A stretch of 63,661 bases of DNA, filler included, from Octopus bimaculoides (Eukaryota), in NCBI RefSeq assembly GCF_001194135.2. It is 8 parts of 6 records of this genome, joined end to end, with 100 filler letters (N's around TTAATTAATTAA, not from the genome) between each part and the next. Parts side by side here need not be neighbours in the genome. Positions count along the whole stretch, not along the records: positions 52,359 to 56,466 come from NC_068993.1; positions 56,567 to 58,750 come from NW_026341776.1; positions 58,851 to 60,638 come from NW_026432116.1; positions 60,739 to 63,661 come from NC_068993.1; 4 more parts are not named here. One strand, 5' to 3'. Below, piece after piece: positions 52,940-63,661 of the stretch. The notes beneath the pieces were generated by a model. That model was not told the origin of the DNA. It searched no databases and worked only from the letters and a program-made list of their open reading frames with translations. Both the position numbers and the translations under genes were made by a program. Numbering within the stretch: position 1 is the first letter of the stretch; each line of letters begins with the position of its first letter.

Positions 52940-53374
52940 CAAAGGAGCAAAAATACTGATATATATTTATATATAAGTGCATATATATATATATTTATAT
53001 GTATCATGTATAAAAAAAGACCATATTTCGCAGCCTAGATGATGTAAAATCTTGAAAAGTTGCTGGTGTGCAAATCGCAACTAGTCTGATACTTATTATA
53101 TTATATAACTTCAAATAGTTGTTGTGTTGACACTAACAATCCATCACATAATACAGCTTTAATAGATCGACTCCCTCATAATTTAAAAATATGGTATACG
53201 CAGAAAGTAGTCATTGGAAGAAACATAAATAACACTAACAAATACTAACAGACATAACTCAACCCGTATATTTTGGAGAAGAGTTTTAATACATATCTTA
53301 TTACATGATATAAAGAAACCTTAATCAATATATTCCTACATGATATAAAACATCAATGCGTCTATATTCACAAT
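52339..53374. repeat. Contig beginning and ending with the same ~148 bp (888-bp period)
   Basis: 52339-52506 region repeated at 53227-53374, identical by eye; gaps on both sides. Confidence 0.8.
52686..52891 (-). mobile_element. SINE family A, CpG retained
   Basis: Reverse complement gcgagctggcagaagcgttagaacgccgggcaaaatgc... Confidence 0.8.
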
Positions 53375-54429
53375 NNNNNNNNNNNNNNNNNNNNNNNNNN
53401 NNNNNNNNNNNNNNNNNNNNNNNNNNNNNNNNNNNNNNNNNNNNNNNNNNNNNNNNNNNNNNNNNNNNNNNNNNNNNNNNNNNNNNNNNNNNNNNNNNNN
53501 NNNNNNNNNNNNNNNNNNNNNNNNNNNNNNNNNNNNNNNNNNNNNNNNNNNNNNNNNNNNNNNNNNNNNNNNNNNNNNNNNNNNNNNNNNNNNNNNNNNN
53601 NNNNNNNNNNNNNNNNNNNNNNNNNNNNNNNNNNNNNNNNNNNNNNNNNNNNNNNNNNNNNNNNNNNNNNNNNNNNNNNNNNNNNNNNNNNNNNNNNNNN
53701 NNNNNNNNNNNNNNNNNNNNNNNNNNNNNNNNNNNNNNNNNNNNNNNNNNNNNNNNNNNNNNNNNNNNNNNNNNNNNNNNNNNNNNNNNNNNNNNNNNNN
53801 NNNNNNNNNNNNNNNNNNNNNNNNNNNNNNNNNNNNNNNNNNNNNNNNNNNNNNNNNNNNNNNNNNNNNNNNNNNNNNNNNNNNNNNNNNNNNNNNNNNN
53901 NNNNNNNNNNNNNNNNNNNNNNNNNNNNNNNNNNNNNNNNNNNNNNNNNNNNNNNNNNNNNNNNNNNNNNNNNNNNNNNNNNNNNNNNNNNNNNNNNNNN
54001 NNNNNNNNNNNNNNNNNNNNNNNNNNNNNNNNNNNNNNNNNNNNNNNNNNNNNNNNNNNNNNNNNNNNNNGTATATATATATATAAGCATGTGTGTGTGT
54101 GTGTGTGTGTCTGGTGTGTCCTCAGTCGAACACCTCCACTCCTGTCGCTATAGCTACCAAACAGGGAAAGATGTATCTGCCATCCTAGGACAGAAGGTGT
54201 GGGATTATTTCCCGATAGACTTAACCGATGTTCTGATATGTCCAACACACAAGAACAAGTCAACAATGTTGGTACACTCAACAAATCCATGTCAGTTCAA
54301 CGCGTAACTCGGACGAGCCGGGTGACAGGACTTTCGTACGAATGGGAAATATCGTTTATAGAGTTTGTCTATTTGCGAATTTTCCCTCACACCCCTGGTA
54401 ACTTTGCTAGACTAAGAATCTCTTTCCAT

Positions 54430-54735
54430 ATATCACGATTTAAGACCAGATACAGCATGGATTTCAAGGATCCATAGCTCTCTCTTCAATATCTTCTCAG
54501 ACAACCTGAGAGACCTACATGGGGCGGATGTAGGAGTCTTCAAAACAGAACTGTGCCTACTCCTGTCAAGAGTTCTGGATGAACTCCGCAGCAGGAAACG
54601 CAGATGAGGGCAGCATCAATCTCCCTCATTTACCAAACGCCACATATCAGAGGGGGTTCAGGTAATGGGAGTGTAGAAAAGTTAACACCTGTGTCCCCGA
54701 ATGGCCACAGCTTTCGAGCTGAAACTAATAACTGA
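54430..54735 (+). mobile_element. CR1/L2-like LINE 3' end
   Basis: SRFKTRY..., LFNIFSDNLRDLHGADVGVFKTELCLLLSRVLDE, QQETQMRAASISLIYQ (frameshifted), tail atggccacagctttcgagctgaaact. Confidence 0.7.
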
Positions 54736-55626
54736 AATGAAATACTCCACTGGATTAAAGTTCTCCGAAACAGTCAATTCTTCCCGTCGTTCTCTCCATG
54801 TGTCGAGCTGCAAATCAACAGGCTTTTCCTTGATATGCTGTGATCTTGGGTTCGAATATGCCTCAAGCATATTTGAACTTGTAATAAGTTTATCTTTCAC
54901 AACAGAATTGACCGCCTCGATGCCTATAATGTCGGACACCATTTCTGAGACGTTGTCTGGCATATGCCAACACGGCTCTCCTACATCACATTTTGAACTG
55001 GTTGCTCTTCCGAAAACGAGACCGAAACCGGCTTTTCTGGAGAAAACTTTCGCTAATTAACGCTGTCAGACATTAATAGGTCCTCAATTGATCTAAATTG
55101 ACCAAAACCCCAATAAAACTAGCTTCGATACAAACACTCTCATATTTTTAATTGTATGATGTGTAGGTTGTCATGAAGAGAGCTTTTTTCAGAATCGCAC
55201 ATCTCTTTGCGTTCGTAGACATTCCTACCTACCAGAAGCGCCAATTTTTTTGCTGCACCTTGGACAAAATCATAAACTCAGCATTCAGCAGAAATAATAA
55301 TGAGAAAATGTTTCTAATTTTGTATAATGTGAGTTATAAACAGCGTGAATAAGAAGAATAAAAAGAAAAAAACAATATTTATAAGCAATAAAGCCAGAAA
55401 GACAAACAAAATAACGACGACAGCAACAATATCAACATCAACATAAGCGATTGGTTCGTTGCTACCTGAGGAAATTATGCCTGAAGACAGTAGGAAGCAT
55501 AAATCTTCTTCTTCCGATTGTTGCCGTTTAATGGTCCAGAAATAACATGACAAAAATTAGCCCACGTTGTCTTTTCCTATTTCTTTCTCTGCGTGCGTTC
55601 ATTATTTCTTCGAATGAATGTATCTA

Positions 55627-55676
<50 letters not shown>

Positions 55677-56408
55677 NNNNNNNNNNNNNNNNNNNNNNNN
55701 NNNNNNNNNNNNNNNNNNNNNNNNNNNNNNNNNNNNNNNNNNNNNNNNNNNNNNNNNNNNNNNNNNNNNNNNNNNNNNNNNNNNNNNNNNNNNNNNNNNN
55801 NNNNNNNNNNNNNNNNNNNNNNNNNNNNNNNNNNNNNNNNNNNNNNNNNNNNNNNNNNNNNNNNNNNNNNNNNNNNNNNNNNNNNNNNNNNNNNNNNNNN
55901 NNNNNNNNNNNNNNNNNNNNNNNNNNNNNNNNNNNNNNNNNNNNNNNNNNNNNNNNNNNNNNNNNNNNNNNNNNNNNNNNNNNNNNNNNNNNNNNNNNNN
56001 NNNNNNNNNNNNNNNNNNNNNNNNNNNNNNNNNNNNNNNNNNNNNNNNNNNNNNNNNNNNNNNNNNNNNNNNNNNNNNNNNNNNNNNNNNNNNNNNNNNN
56101 NNNNNNNNNNNNNNNNNNNNNNNNNNNNNNNNNNNNNNNNNNNNNNNNNNNNNNNNNNNNNNNNNNNNNNNNNNNNNNNNTCATCATCATCATCATCATC
56201 ATTGTTCATTATTTGTTGTTTTGTTTTCTCCTTTTTCTTTTGTTTTTGTGAATCCCTTCCTTCTCTTCTCGCCCCCCCCCCTATTGCTGGAGATATCTAG
56301 TAAGATCTACATTGGAGTACTACTCATTTACAATCGCGTACACGCGCACGTATACACACATACAGGTACATATATATGCATACACATATATATAATGCCT
56401 TTATATAG

Positions 56409-56466
<58 letters not shown>

Positions 56467-56566
56467 NNNNNNNNNNNNNNNNNNNNNNNNNNNNNNNNNN
56501 NNNNNNNNNNTTAATTAATTAANNNNNNNNNNNNNNNNNNNNNNNNNNNNNNNNNNNNNNNNNNNN

Positions 56567-56720
56567 GTCCCCGTAACTTAGCGGTTCGGCAAACGAGACC
56601 GATAGAATAAGTACTAAGCTTCCAAAGAATAAGTCCTGGGAATCGATTTGCTCAACTAAAAGAGCGGTGCTCCAGCATGGCCGCAGCCAAATGACTGAAA
56701 CAAGTATAAGAGCATAAAAG
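56567..56720 (+). mobile_element. SINE family B, 3' half, CpG retained
   Basis: gtccccgtaacttagcggttcggc...gcggtgctccagcatggccgcag. Confidence 0.85.
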
Positions 56721-56783
56721 ATAGATATATAGATAGATAGACAGGTAGATGGATAGAGAGAGAGAGAGAGAGAGAAGTGTTAC

Positions 56784-56900
56784 CTTTGCACAATCCCCTT
56801 TGCCGTAGATATTTGGTATGATGCCATAAAGACCCTGAAGTGTCATTAGGGAGCGAGCCGCATAGAACAAAGAAGTGTAGTCGTTCTCTAAATAGCATTC
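56784..56900 (-). CDS. VPS33A: VPS33A internal exon (Sec1/Munc18 family, HOPS/CORVET subunit)
   Basis: ttcttttcag acceptor, gtaac donor, 117 nt phase 0-0; [39 protein letters not shown], cf. human VPS33A [39 protein letters not shown] from recall. Confidence 0.93.
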
Positions 56901-56984
56901 CTGAAAAGAACAGCGGAAAAAAAATGGTAGAAACACAATTGATATTGGTATTATTTATAATTATTAACTACTAATACTATTATG

Positions 56985-57040
<56 letters not shown>

Positions 57041-58355
57041 TTATGTTTGACTTTTGTTTTGCATTTGTACAAGTTGGCTCCAAGTCTCACCCAGAGACCT
57101 CAAGAGACAACAAGTTAGAAGTTCATGTTCGTGTTATGCCTAGGGTACCATATATTTGGGTTTGTACAATTTTGTTCTAGTGAATGTTTAAGAAACCATA
57201 AGAAAATTATGTTTGCTTTAAAATCTGAGATCACATAGACAGTATTTTACGTAGGATATGGGCAGTTCCCATGAGCACTATCTTTTGAACTTCAGCCATT
57301 TTGGGGTTTCCTGGTNNNNNNNNNNNNNNNNNNNNNNNNNNNNNNNNNNNNNNNNNNNNNNNNNNNNNNNNNNNNNNNNNNNNNNNNNNNNNNNNNNNNN
57401 NNNNNNNNNNNNNNNNNNNNNNNNNNNNNNNNNNNNNNNNNNNNNNNNNNNNNNNNNNNNNNNNNNNNNNNNNNNNNNNNNNNNNNNNNNNNNNNNNNNN
57501 NNNNNNNNNNNNNNNNNNNNNNNNNNNNNNNNNNNNNNNNNNNNNNNNNNNNNNNNNNNNNNNNNNNNNNNNNNNNNNNNNNNNNNNNNNNNNNNNNNNN
57601 NNNNNNNNNNNNNNNNNNNNNNNNNNNNNNNNNNNNNNNNNNNNNNNNNNNNNNNNNNNNNNNNNNNNNNNNNNNNNNNNNNNNNNNNNNNNNNNNNNNN
57701 NNNNNNNNNNNNNNNNNNNNNNNNNNNNNNNNNNNNNNNNNNNNNNNNNNNNNNNNNNNNNNNNNNNNNNNNNNNNNNNNNNNNNNNNNNNNNNNNNNNN
57801 NNNNNNNNNNNNNNNNNNNNNNNNNNNNNNNNNNNNNNNNNNNNNNNNNNNNNNNNNNNNNNNNNNNNNNNNNNNNNNNNNNNNNNNNNNNNNNNNNNNN
57901 NNNNNNNNNNNNNNNNNNNNNNNNNNNNNNNNNNNNNNNNNNNNNNNNNNNNNNNNNNNNNNNNNNNNNNNNNNNNNNNNNNNNNNNNNNNNNNNNNNNN
58001 NNNNNNNNNNNNNNNNNNNNNNNNNNNNNNNNNNNNNNNNNNNNNNNNNNNNNNNNNNNNNNNNNNNNNNNNNNNNNNNNNNNNNNNNNNNNNNNNNNNN
58101 NNNNNNNNNNNNNNNNNNNNNNNNNNNNNNNNNNNNNNNNNNNNNNNNNNNNNNNNNNNNNNNNNNNNNNNNNNNNNNNNNNNNNNNNNNNNNNNNNNNN
58201 NNNNNNNNNNNNNNNNNNNNNNNNNNNNNNNNNNNNNNNNNNNNNNNNNNNNNNNNNNNNNNNNNNNNNNNNNNNNNNNNNNNNNNNNNNNNNNATTATT
58301 ATTATTATTATTATTATTGCTATTATTATTATTATTGCTATTATTATTATTATTA

Positions 58356-58390
<35 letters not shown>

Positions 58391-58410
58391 GCTATTATTA
58401 TTATTATTGC

Positions 58411-58442
<32 letters not shown>

Positions 58443-58443
<1 letters not shown>

Positions 58444-58750
58444 GGCGGAGGAGGCGCAATGGCCCAGTGGTTAGGGAAGCGGACTCGCGGTTTCGATTCC
58501 CAGACCGGGGGGGCGTTTTGAGTGTTTATTGAGCGAAAAACACCTAAAAAGCTCCACGAGGCTCCGGCAGGGGATGGTGGCGGAACCCTGCTGTACTCTT
58601 CCACTACAACTTTCTCTCACTCTTTCTTCCTGTTTCTGTTGTGTCTGTAATTCAAAGGGGTCAGCCTTGTCACACTCTGTGCCACGCTGAATATCCCCCC
58701 GAGAACTACGTTAAGGGTTACACTTGTCTGTGGAGTGCTCAGCCACTTGC
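58443..58750 (+). mobile_element. SINE family C, CpG retained, truncated by gap
   Basis: Colinear with 42095-42477. Confidence 0.85.
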
Positions 58751-60589
58751 NNNNNNNNNNNNNNNNNNNNNNNNNNNNNNNNNNNNNNNNNNNNTTAATT
58801 AATTAANNNNNNNNNNNNNNNNNNNNNNNNNNNNNNNNNNNNNNNNNNNNTACATACATACATACATACATACATACATACGTGTGTGTGTGTGTGTGTT
58901 GGCCATAAATGAGTTCTACAGTTTTTGTATATAACGAAGGCCCTTGGCTACAGAAGATAAAGGTAGGACACTTGTGCCAATGGTGCCTGTTGAAGCAAAA
59001 ACACGAATCCACGGCTGTCCCTTTATCGCCTGACAAGAAGCCAGTCCTTTCCTTTCAGGGTAAGTCAACTTTGGAGAATTCTTAATTCTTGAGATAATCT
59101 CCTCAGCTCATATGGAGCTAGTATCCATTGTTGTTTAATAATTGTGACTCACTCTAGAAACGGAGATAAATTTAATAAATTAAGAAGATATGTTGTGTGT
59201 ATTTGACGTAACTATATTTGTCTACATCTTGTGTATACACTCAGATATACATGTGGATGGCGGGAGGAGGCGCGTGACCTAATGGTTAGGGTGTTACTCT
59301 CAGAATCGCCAGATCGTGGATTCGATTCCCAGACCAAATGACGCGTTGCATTCTTAAGCAAAGCACTCCATTTCACGTTGCCTGTGCGAGTAGGTGAGTA
59401 GCGGAATCGCTGGCACGTCGGCAAAATTGCTTTTATGGAATACCATATGGCTCTCTACATTCTAAGTTCAACTACCACCTGCCTGGTGAAGACAACAGGG
59501 AATCACTCCAGTAATCTCCCCCAATCCAGTCCAGTCCAGTCCAGTCCAGTAACCTACTTAACGGCAGCAGAAAAAGATACGAGCCCTCCCAAGGTTTACA
59601 GAGAGTGCTGGAGTAAGTTCATATGCACAGGACATAGCGAAGGTTAAACCACCNNNNNNNNNNNNNNNNNNNNNNNNNNNNNNNNNNNNNNNNNNNNNNN
59701 NNNNNNNNNNNNNNNNNNNNNNNNNNNNNNNNNNNNNNNNNNNNNNNNNNNNNNNNNNNNNNNNNNNNNNNNNNNNNNNNNNNNNNNNNNNNNNNNNNNN
59801 NNNNNNNNNNNNNNNNNNNNNNNNNNNNNNNNNNNNNNNNNNNNNNNNNNNNNNNNNNNNNNNNNNNNNNNNNNNNNNNNNNNNNNNNNNNNNNNNNNNN
59901 NNNNNNNNNNNNNNNNNNNNNNNNNNNNNNNNNNNNNNNNNNNNNNNNNNNNNNNNNNNNNNNNNNNNNNNNNNNNNNNNNNNNNNNNNNNNNNNNNNNN
60001 NNNNNNNNNNNNNNNNNNNNNNNNNNNNNNNNNNNNNNNNNNNNNNNNNNNNNNNNNNNNNNNNNNNNNNNNNNNNNNNNNNNNNNNNNNNNNNNNNNNN
60101 NNNNNNNNNNNNNNNNNNNNNNNNNNNNGAGAGAGAGAGAGAGAGAGACTGACTGACAGACAAGCAGACAGACTGAGAGACAAGCGGACGGGCGGACAAA
60201 CAGACAAACACAGACCAGGAAAGGAAAGGAAAGGAAAGAAAGAAAGAAAGAAAGAAAGAAATAAAGAAAGAAAGAAAGAGAGCATGAGAGAGGTGGAGAG
60301 AAAAAAGAAACAGACAAACAAATAAATAAAGACTAATGGTAAGAGAGAAAAGAATGCGAAAGAGGTTGAAAGAAGTAAGAGAGAGCGACAGAGAGGGCGG
60401 AGGGGAAGAATTACTGCGACAGAAACAAAAGAGACAGGTGGTTGGCTATTGAGATTTTGGTGTTCGCATATTTCACCCTGAGCAATTCTTGCAGAAAACG
60501 AACAGGCCATGGAGGTAATCGAACTAGTTTACAGACACGATTCGCCGATAATATTGCCATACCGCACACGTAGATTGTTCTTTAAAACA

Positions 60590-60626
<37 letters not shown>

Positions 60627-60914
60627 TACATACATATANNNNNNNNNNNNNNNNNNNNNNNNNNNNNNNNNNNNNNNNNNNNTTAATTAATTAANNNNNN
60701 NNNNNNNNNNNNNNNNNNNNNNNNNNNNNNNNNNNNNNATATACGTATGTATCAGCTATTTGTAACGGTAATTACTATGGGACTGAATCTTGTAGAACAA
60801 TTTCACACTTGTATGTTAAAACATGTCGCTCCAATTTCGAGTGTACGAGTTACAAATAGATGTTGCCAAATATATAAATACGTACATACATGCCTACACG
60901 CGCGCACACACATA

Positions 60915-60992
<78 letters not shown>

Positions 60993-62611
60993 TGTGTGTG
61001 TCTGTATCTGTATGTGTCTGTGTGTGTCTGTGTGTCTGTGTGTCTGTGTCTGCATGCATGTATATCACATTACATACTTTTACTAATATACGTTAGAGTC
61101 GTATACTTATTCAAATCACAGCTTGAGCTAAATATAGGTATTTAAAACAATAACGACATTATAAACTATATTTTGTTTTATTTGTTATTTTACTTTTGTA
61201 TTGTATCTTAATAGTTGAGAAGAGGACACATATATCTACTTGTTTCAGATGCATCTCAATATCGTAAAAATGAAAGAGCAGTGTAATAAACTACATATTG
61301 AATTTGCAGTTGGATGTGTTAATATGATATTCAAATAGGGATTATTTTGTGGAGTGATCCATCATGTTTATCCTGCGCATCTCGGTAAAATATACATGAA
61401 ACTTCCCTTTTGATGTTGTTTCTTCAAACCTTCCATTTGTATTTTTATTGTCTCTTCTTTATAAGATGTGGTTAGATTTGCGCATAAACCATCCCTATTG
61501 TATAGTAAACAACGTTTTCATTCTGTAGTTGATATGTGGGATTGTCGAACAAAATGATGAGCACAAAGATAGACTGAGAATAAATTAGAATATATAAGTT
61601 GAGAGATACAAACGTTAACATTTGGAAGACGAGAGTGGGAACATAAAAAGAGAAGATACTGGTATATTATTGAACAAGAGAGAGAAGCTAAAATTGGCTT
61701 CCTACGCAGATAATATCTGACCAACATGAGCTGTATACAGGAAATATATAACATTACTGACTGGGTCGTAGACGTACAACGGAAGATAATGATAATGTAG
61801 CCGCGTAGAGCACTGATTCATTTATCACTGATCCGGGATAACATAGTGCACTCAATTGTGAAACATGTTATTACGGATTGATGTGCGATAACACGGGTCA
61901 GCGATCAGTAAAAGGTTCAGCTTGTACCGCACAAGTACACTCCAGCGTTCACTCACAATGCTCAGCTATCAAAATGCTCTGACTATCGCGTGTGTTTACA
62001 TGACCGTGCTGTGGGGGAGCGTACTTTTTATACAAATTTACGTACAGGTACCTATCAACATGGTACCAGAAAATATACAAAAGCGACGGATCCTAAGAAT
62101 ATATTCTCTATACAAAAAGAAAATATGTGACGGTGAAAGCCCTCACTTCTGTGGGCCACGAGTTGTGTGTCAATGAATCTAACATTCATTACATTTACAA
62201 AGTGCCTGAAAATGACTCATTTATGACCGATTCGTTTATCGCTGTTTTGGCGCCAAAACCTCGTGTTAAACGAGTCGACTATACCTTTCATCCTTTTGGA
62301 TTCGATAAAATAGGTACGAGTTGAAGACTGGAGTCGATCTAATCCATTCATCCCCTCCCTCAAAATTGCTACCTTTGTGGCAAAATTTGAAACCATTATC
62401 AATAATATTAATACGCTTTTTTCTTTTATACGTACCTGTTGTGTGTGTCACACTTACTTCAAAGAAGTGACAAAGCGAGAGAGAAGACAGAGAGGAAGTA
62501 AGAGAGGAAGTGAGAGAGAGAGAGAGAGAGAGAGAGAGGATATGAGAGAGTTGGAGAAAAAGAGAGAGAGTGAAAGAGACAATGAGTGGTGACGGCGTTC
62601 GTTTTGTGCTT

Positions 62612-63090
62612 TTAAATGTTACCTAATGCGCCCACTCTGATAGGAATTGTTTCTGTTTTTAGATTCCACATTTGAGTTACCTCTATTTCCAGATCTTTGT
62701 ATTTTGAAAGTTTCTGCCTTTCTTTCAGAGGAACATTGTCATCTGTTGGTATTGATACATCGACTAGAAAGCATCTTTTTCTCTTGGTGATCTCTGACAA
62801 CTACATCCGGCCTATTGGACTTAATTTCTCTATCTATGTATTGGCATATTCCAGAGTAAGGTTGTTTTCTCATTGTCTGTAGCCTTTTCTGGCGTGTGCC
62901 TATACCATCTTTTTTCTGTTGTTATTCCATAGTGTTTGCATAGCTTCCAGTGTATATAGCTCCCGACTCTGTCGTGTCTGTGAATATATTCCTTCTTCGC
63001 CAGGACCGGGCAGTCAGAGACAATATGATTTATTGTTTCTTGTCCATCTCCACGCTTTCGACCCTCTTCCCACACATTCTACAGAGATTT
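62612..63090 (-). mobile_element. R4/Dong-like LINE fragment (CCHC finger plus restriction-like endonuclease)
   Basis: CRMCG..., ETINHIVSDCPVLAKKEYIHRHDRVGSYIHWKLC, RPDVVV, CFLVDVSIPTDDNV, KLSKYKDLEIEV, PIRVGALG. Confidence 0.85.
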
Positions 63091-63103
63091 GTTATTATTA
63101 TTA

Positions 63104-63149
<46 letters not shown>

Positions 63150-63172
63150 TAATATTATCATTATTATTATTA

Positions 63173-63600
63173 AGGCGGTGAGCAGGCAGAATTGTTAGCG
63201 CACTAGACGAAATGTTTAGCGGTATTTCGTCAGTCTTCACGTTTTGAGTTCAAATTCCGCCGTGGTTGACTTTGCTTTTCTTCCTTTCGGGGTCGATAAA
63301 GTAAGTACCAGTGAAACACTGGGATCGATGCACCCCGCCCCGCCAAAATCGTTGCCCTTGTGGCAAAATTTGAAACCATCATTATTATTATTGGTAAGGC
63401 GACAAGTTGGTGGAATCGTTAGCATCCCAGACAAAATGCTTAGCGGCGTTTCGTCCGTCTTCACGTTCTGAGGCCAAATTCCGCGAAGGTTGACTTAGCC
63501 TCTCATCCTTTCGGGGTCGACAAAATAAGTACCAGTCGAGCACGGAGATCGCTGTAATCGACAAGACCCCTCCCACAAAATTGTGCCTATAGTTGAAAGG

Positions 63601-63605
<5 letters not shown>
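63173..63605 (+). mobile_element. Two tandem SINE family A copies with (TAT)n tails, CpG retained
   Basis: Copies ~63173-63385 and ~63397-63605. Confidence 0.85.

Positions 63606-63661
<56 letters not shown>

Noticed and set aside
59558-59653. Minus-strand GGLTFA resembling VPS33A GGVTFAE
   Set aside because: Following residues do not match, and it lies on the wrong side of the known exon
11568-60694. TTAATTAATTAA inside N runs (11568, 25459, 50164, 52303, 56511, 58795, 60683)
   Set aside because: Always centred in ~100-bp N blocks (44 N + 12 + 44 N at 11524-11623) and encodes stops in all six frames: an artificial scaffold linker, not a PacI-like or regulatory motif
1328-61145. Numerous ORFs rich in YI/HT/CV/X and poly-S/M/N/L
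   Set aside because: Translations of microsatellites and N gaps
1-63661. CRISPR arrays, rRNA, prokaryotic operons
   Set aside because: None seen; eukaryotic intron-rich repetitive DNA

Overview
AT-rich, microsatellite-dense animal genomic scaffold with many N gaps. The SINE/LINE repertoire points to an octopus genome; this is an inference, no search was run. Two host genes are recognisable only in part: three in-frame exons of an EDEM3-like gene (+ strand, 17520-22199, PA-domain region) and one 117-nt VPS33A exon (- strand, 56784-56900). The rest is tRNA-derived SINEs (three families, my labels A, B, C), decayed LINEs (RTE, CR1/L2-like, R4/Dong-like), a Penelope-like element, hAT- and piggyBac-type MITEs, fold-back palindromes and microsatellites. 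Almost all ORFs in the supplied track are microsatellite or gap artefacts. The most unusual item, present twice (18497-19318, 43795-44234), is a TSD-flanked element made of two tRNA-like heads joined back-to-back, with arms carrying a minimal Penelope-type hammerhead ribozyme motif. Also notable is a CpG-depleted domain at about 12.9-52.2 kb. Repeat boundaries were set by eye and are approximate unless a TSD or splice site is quoted.
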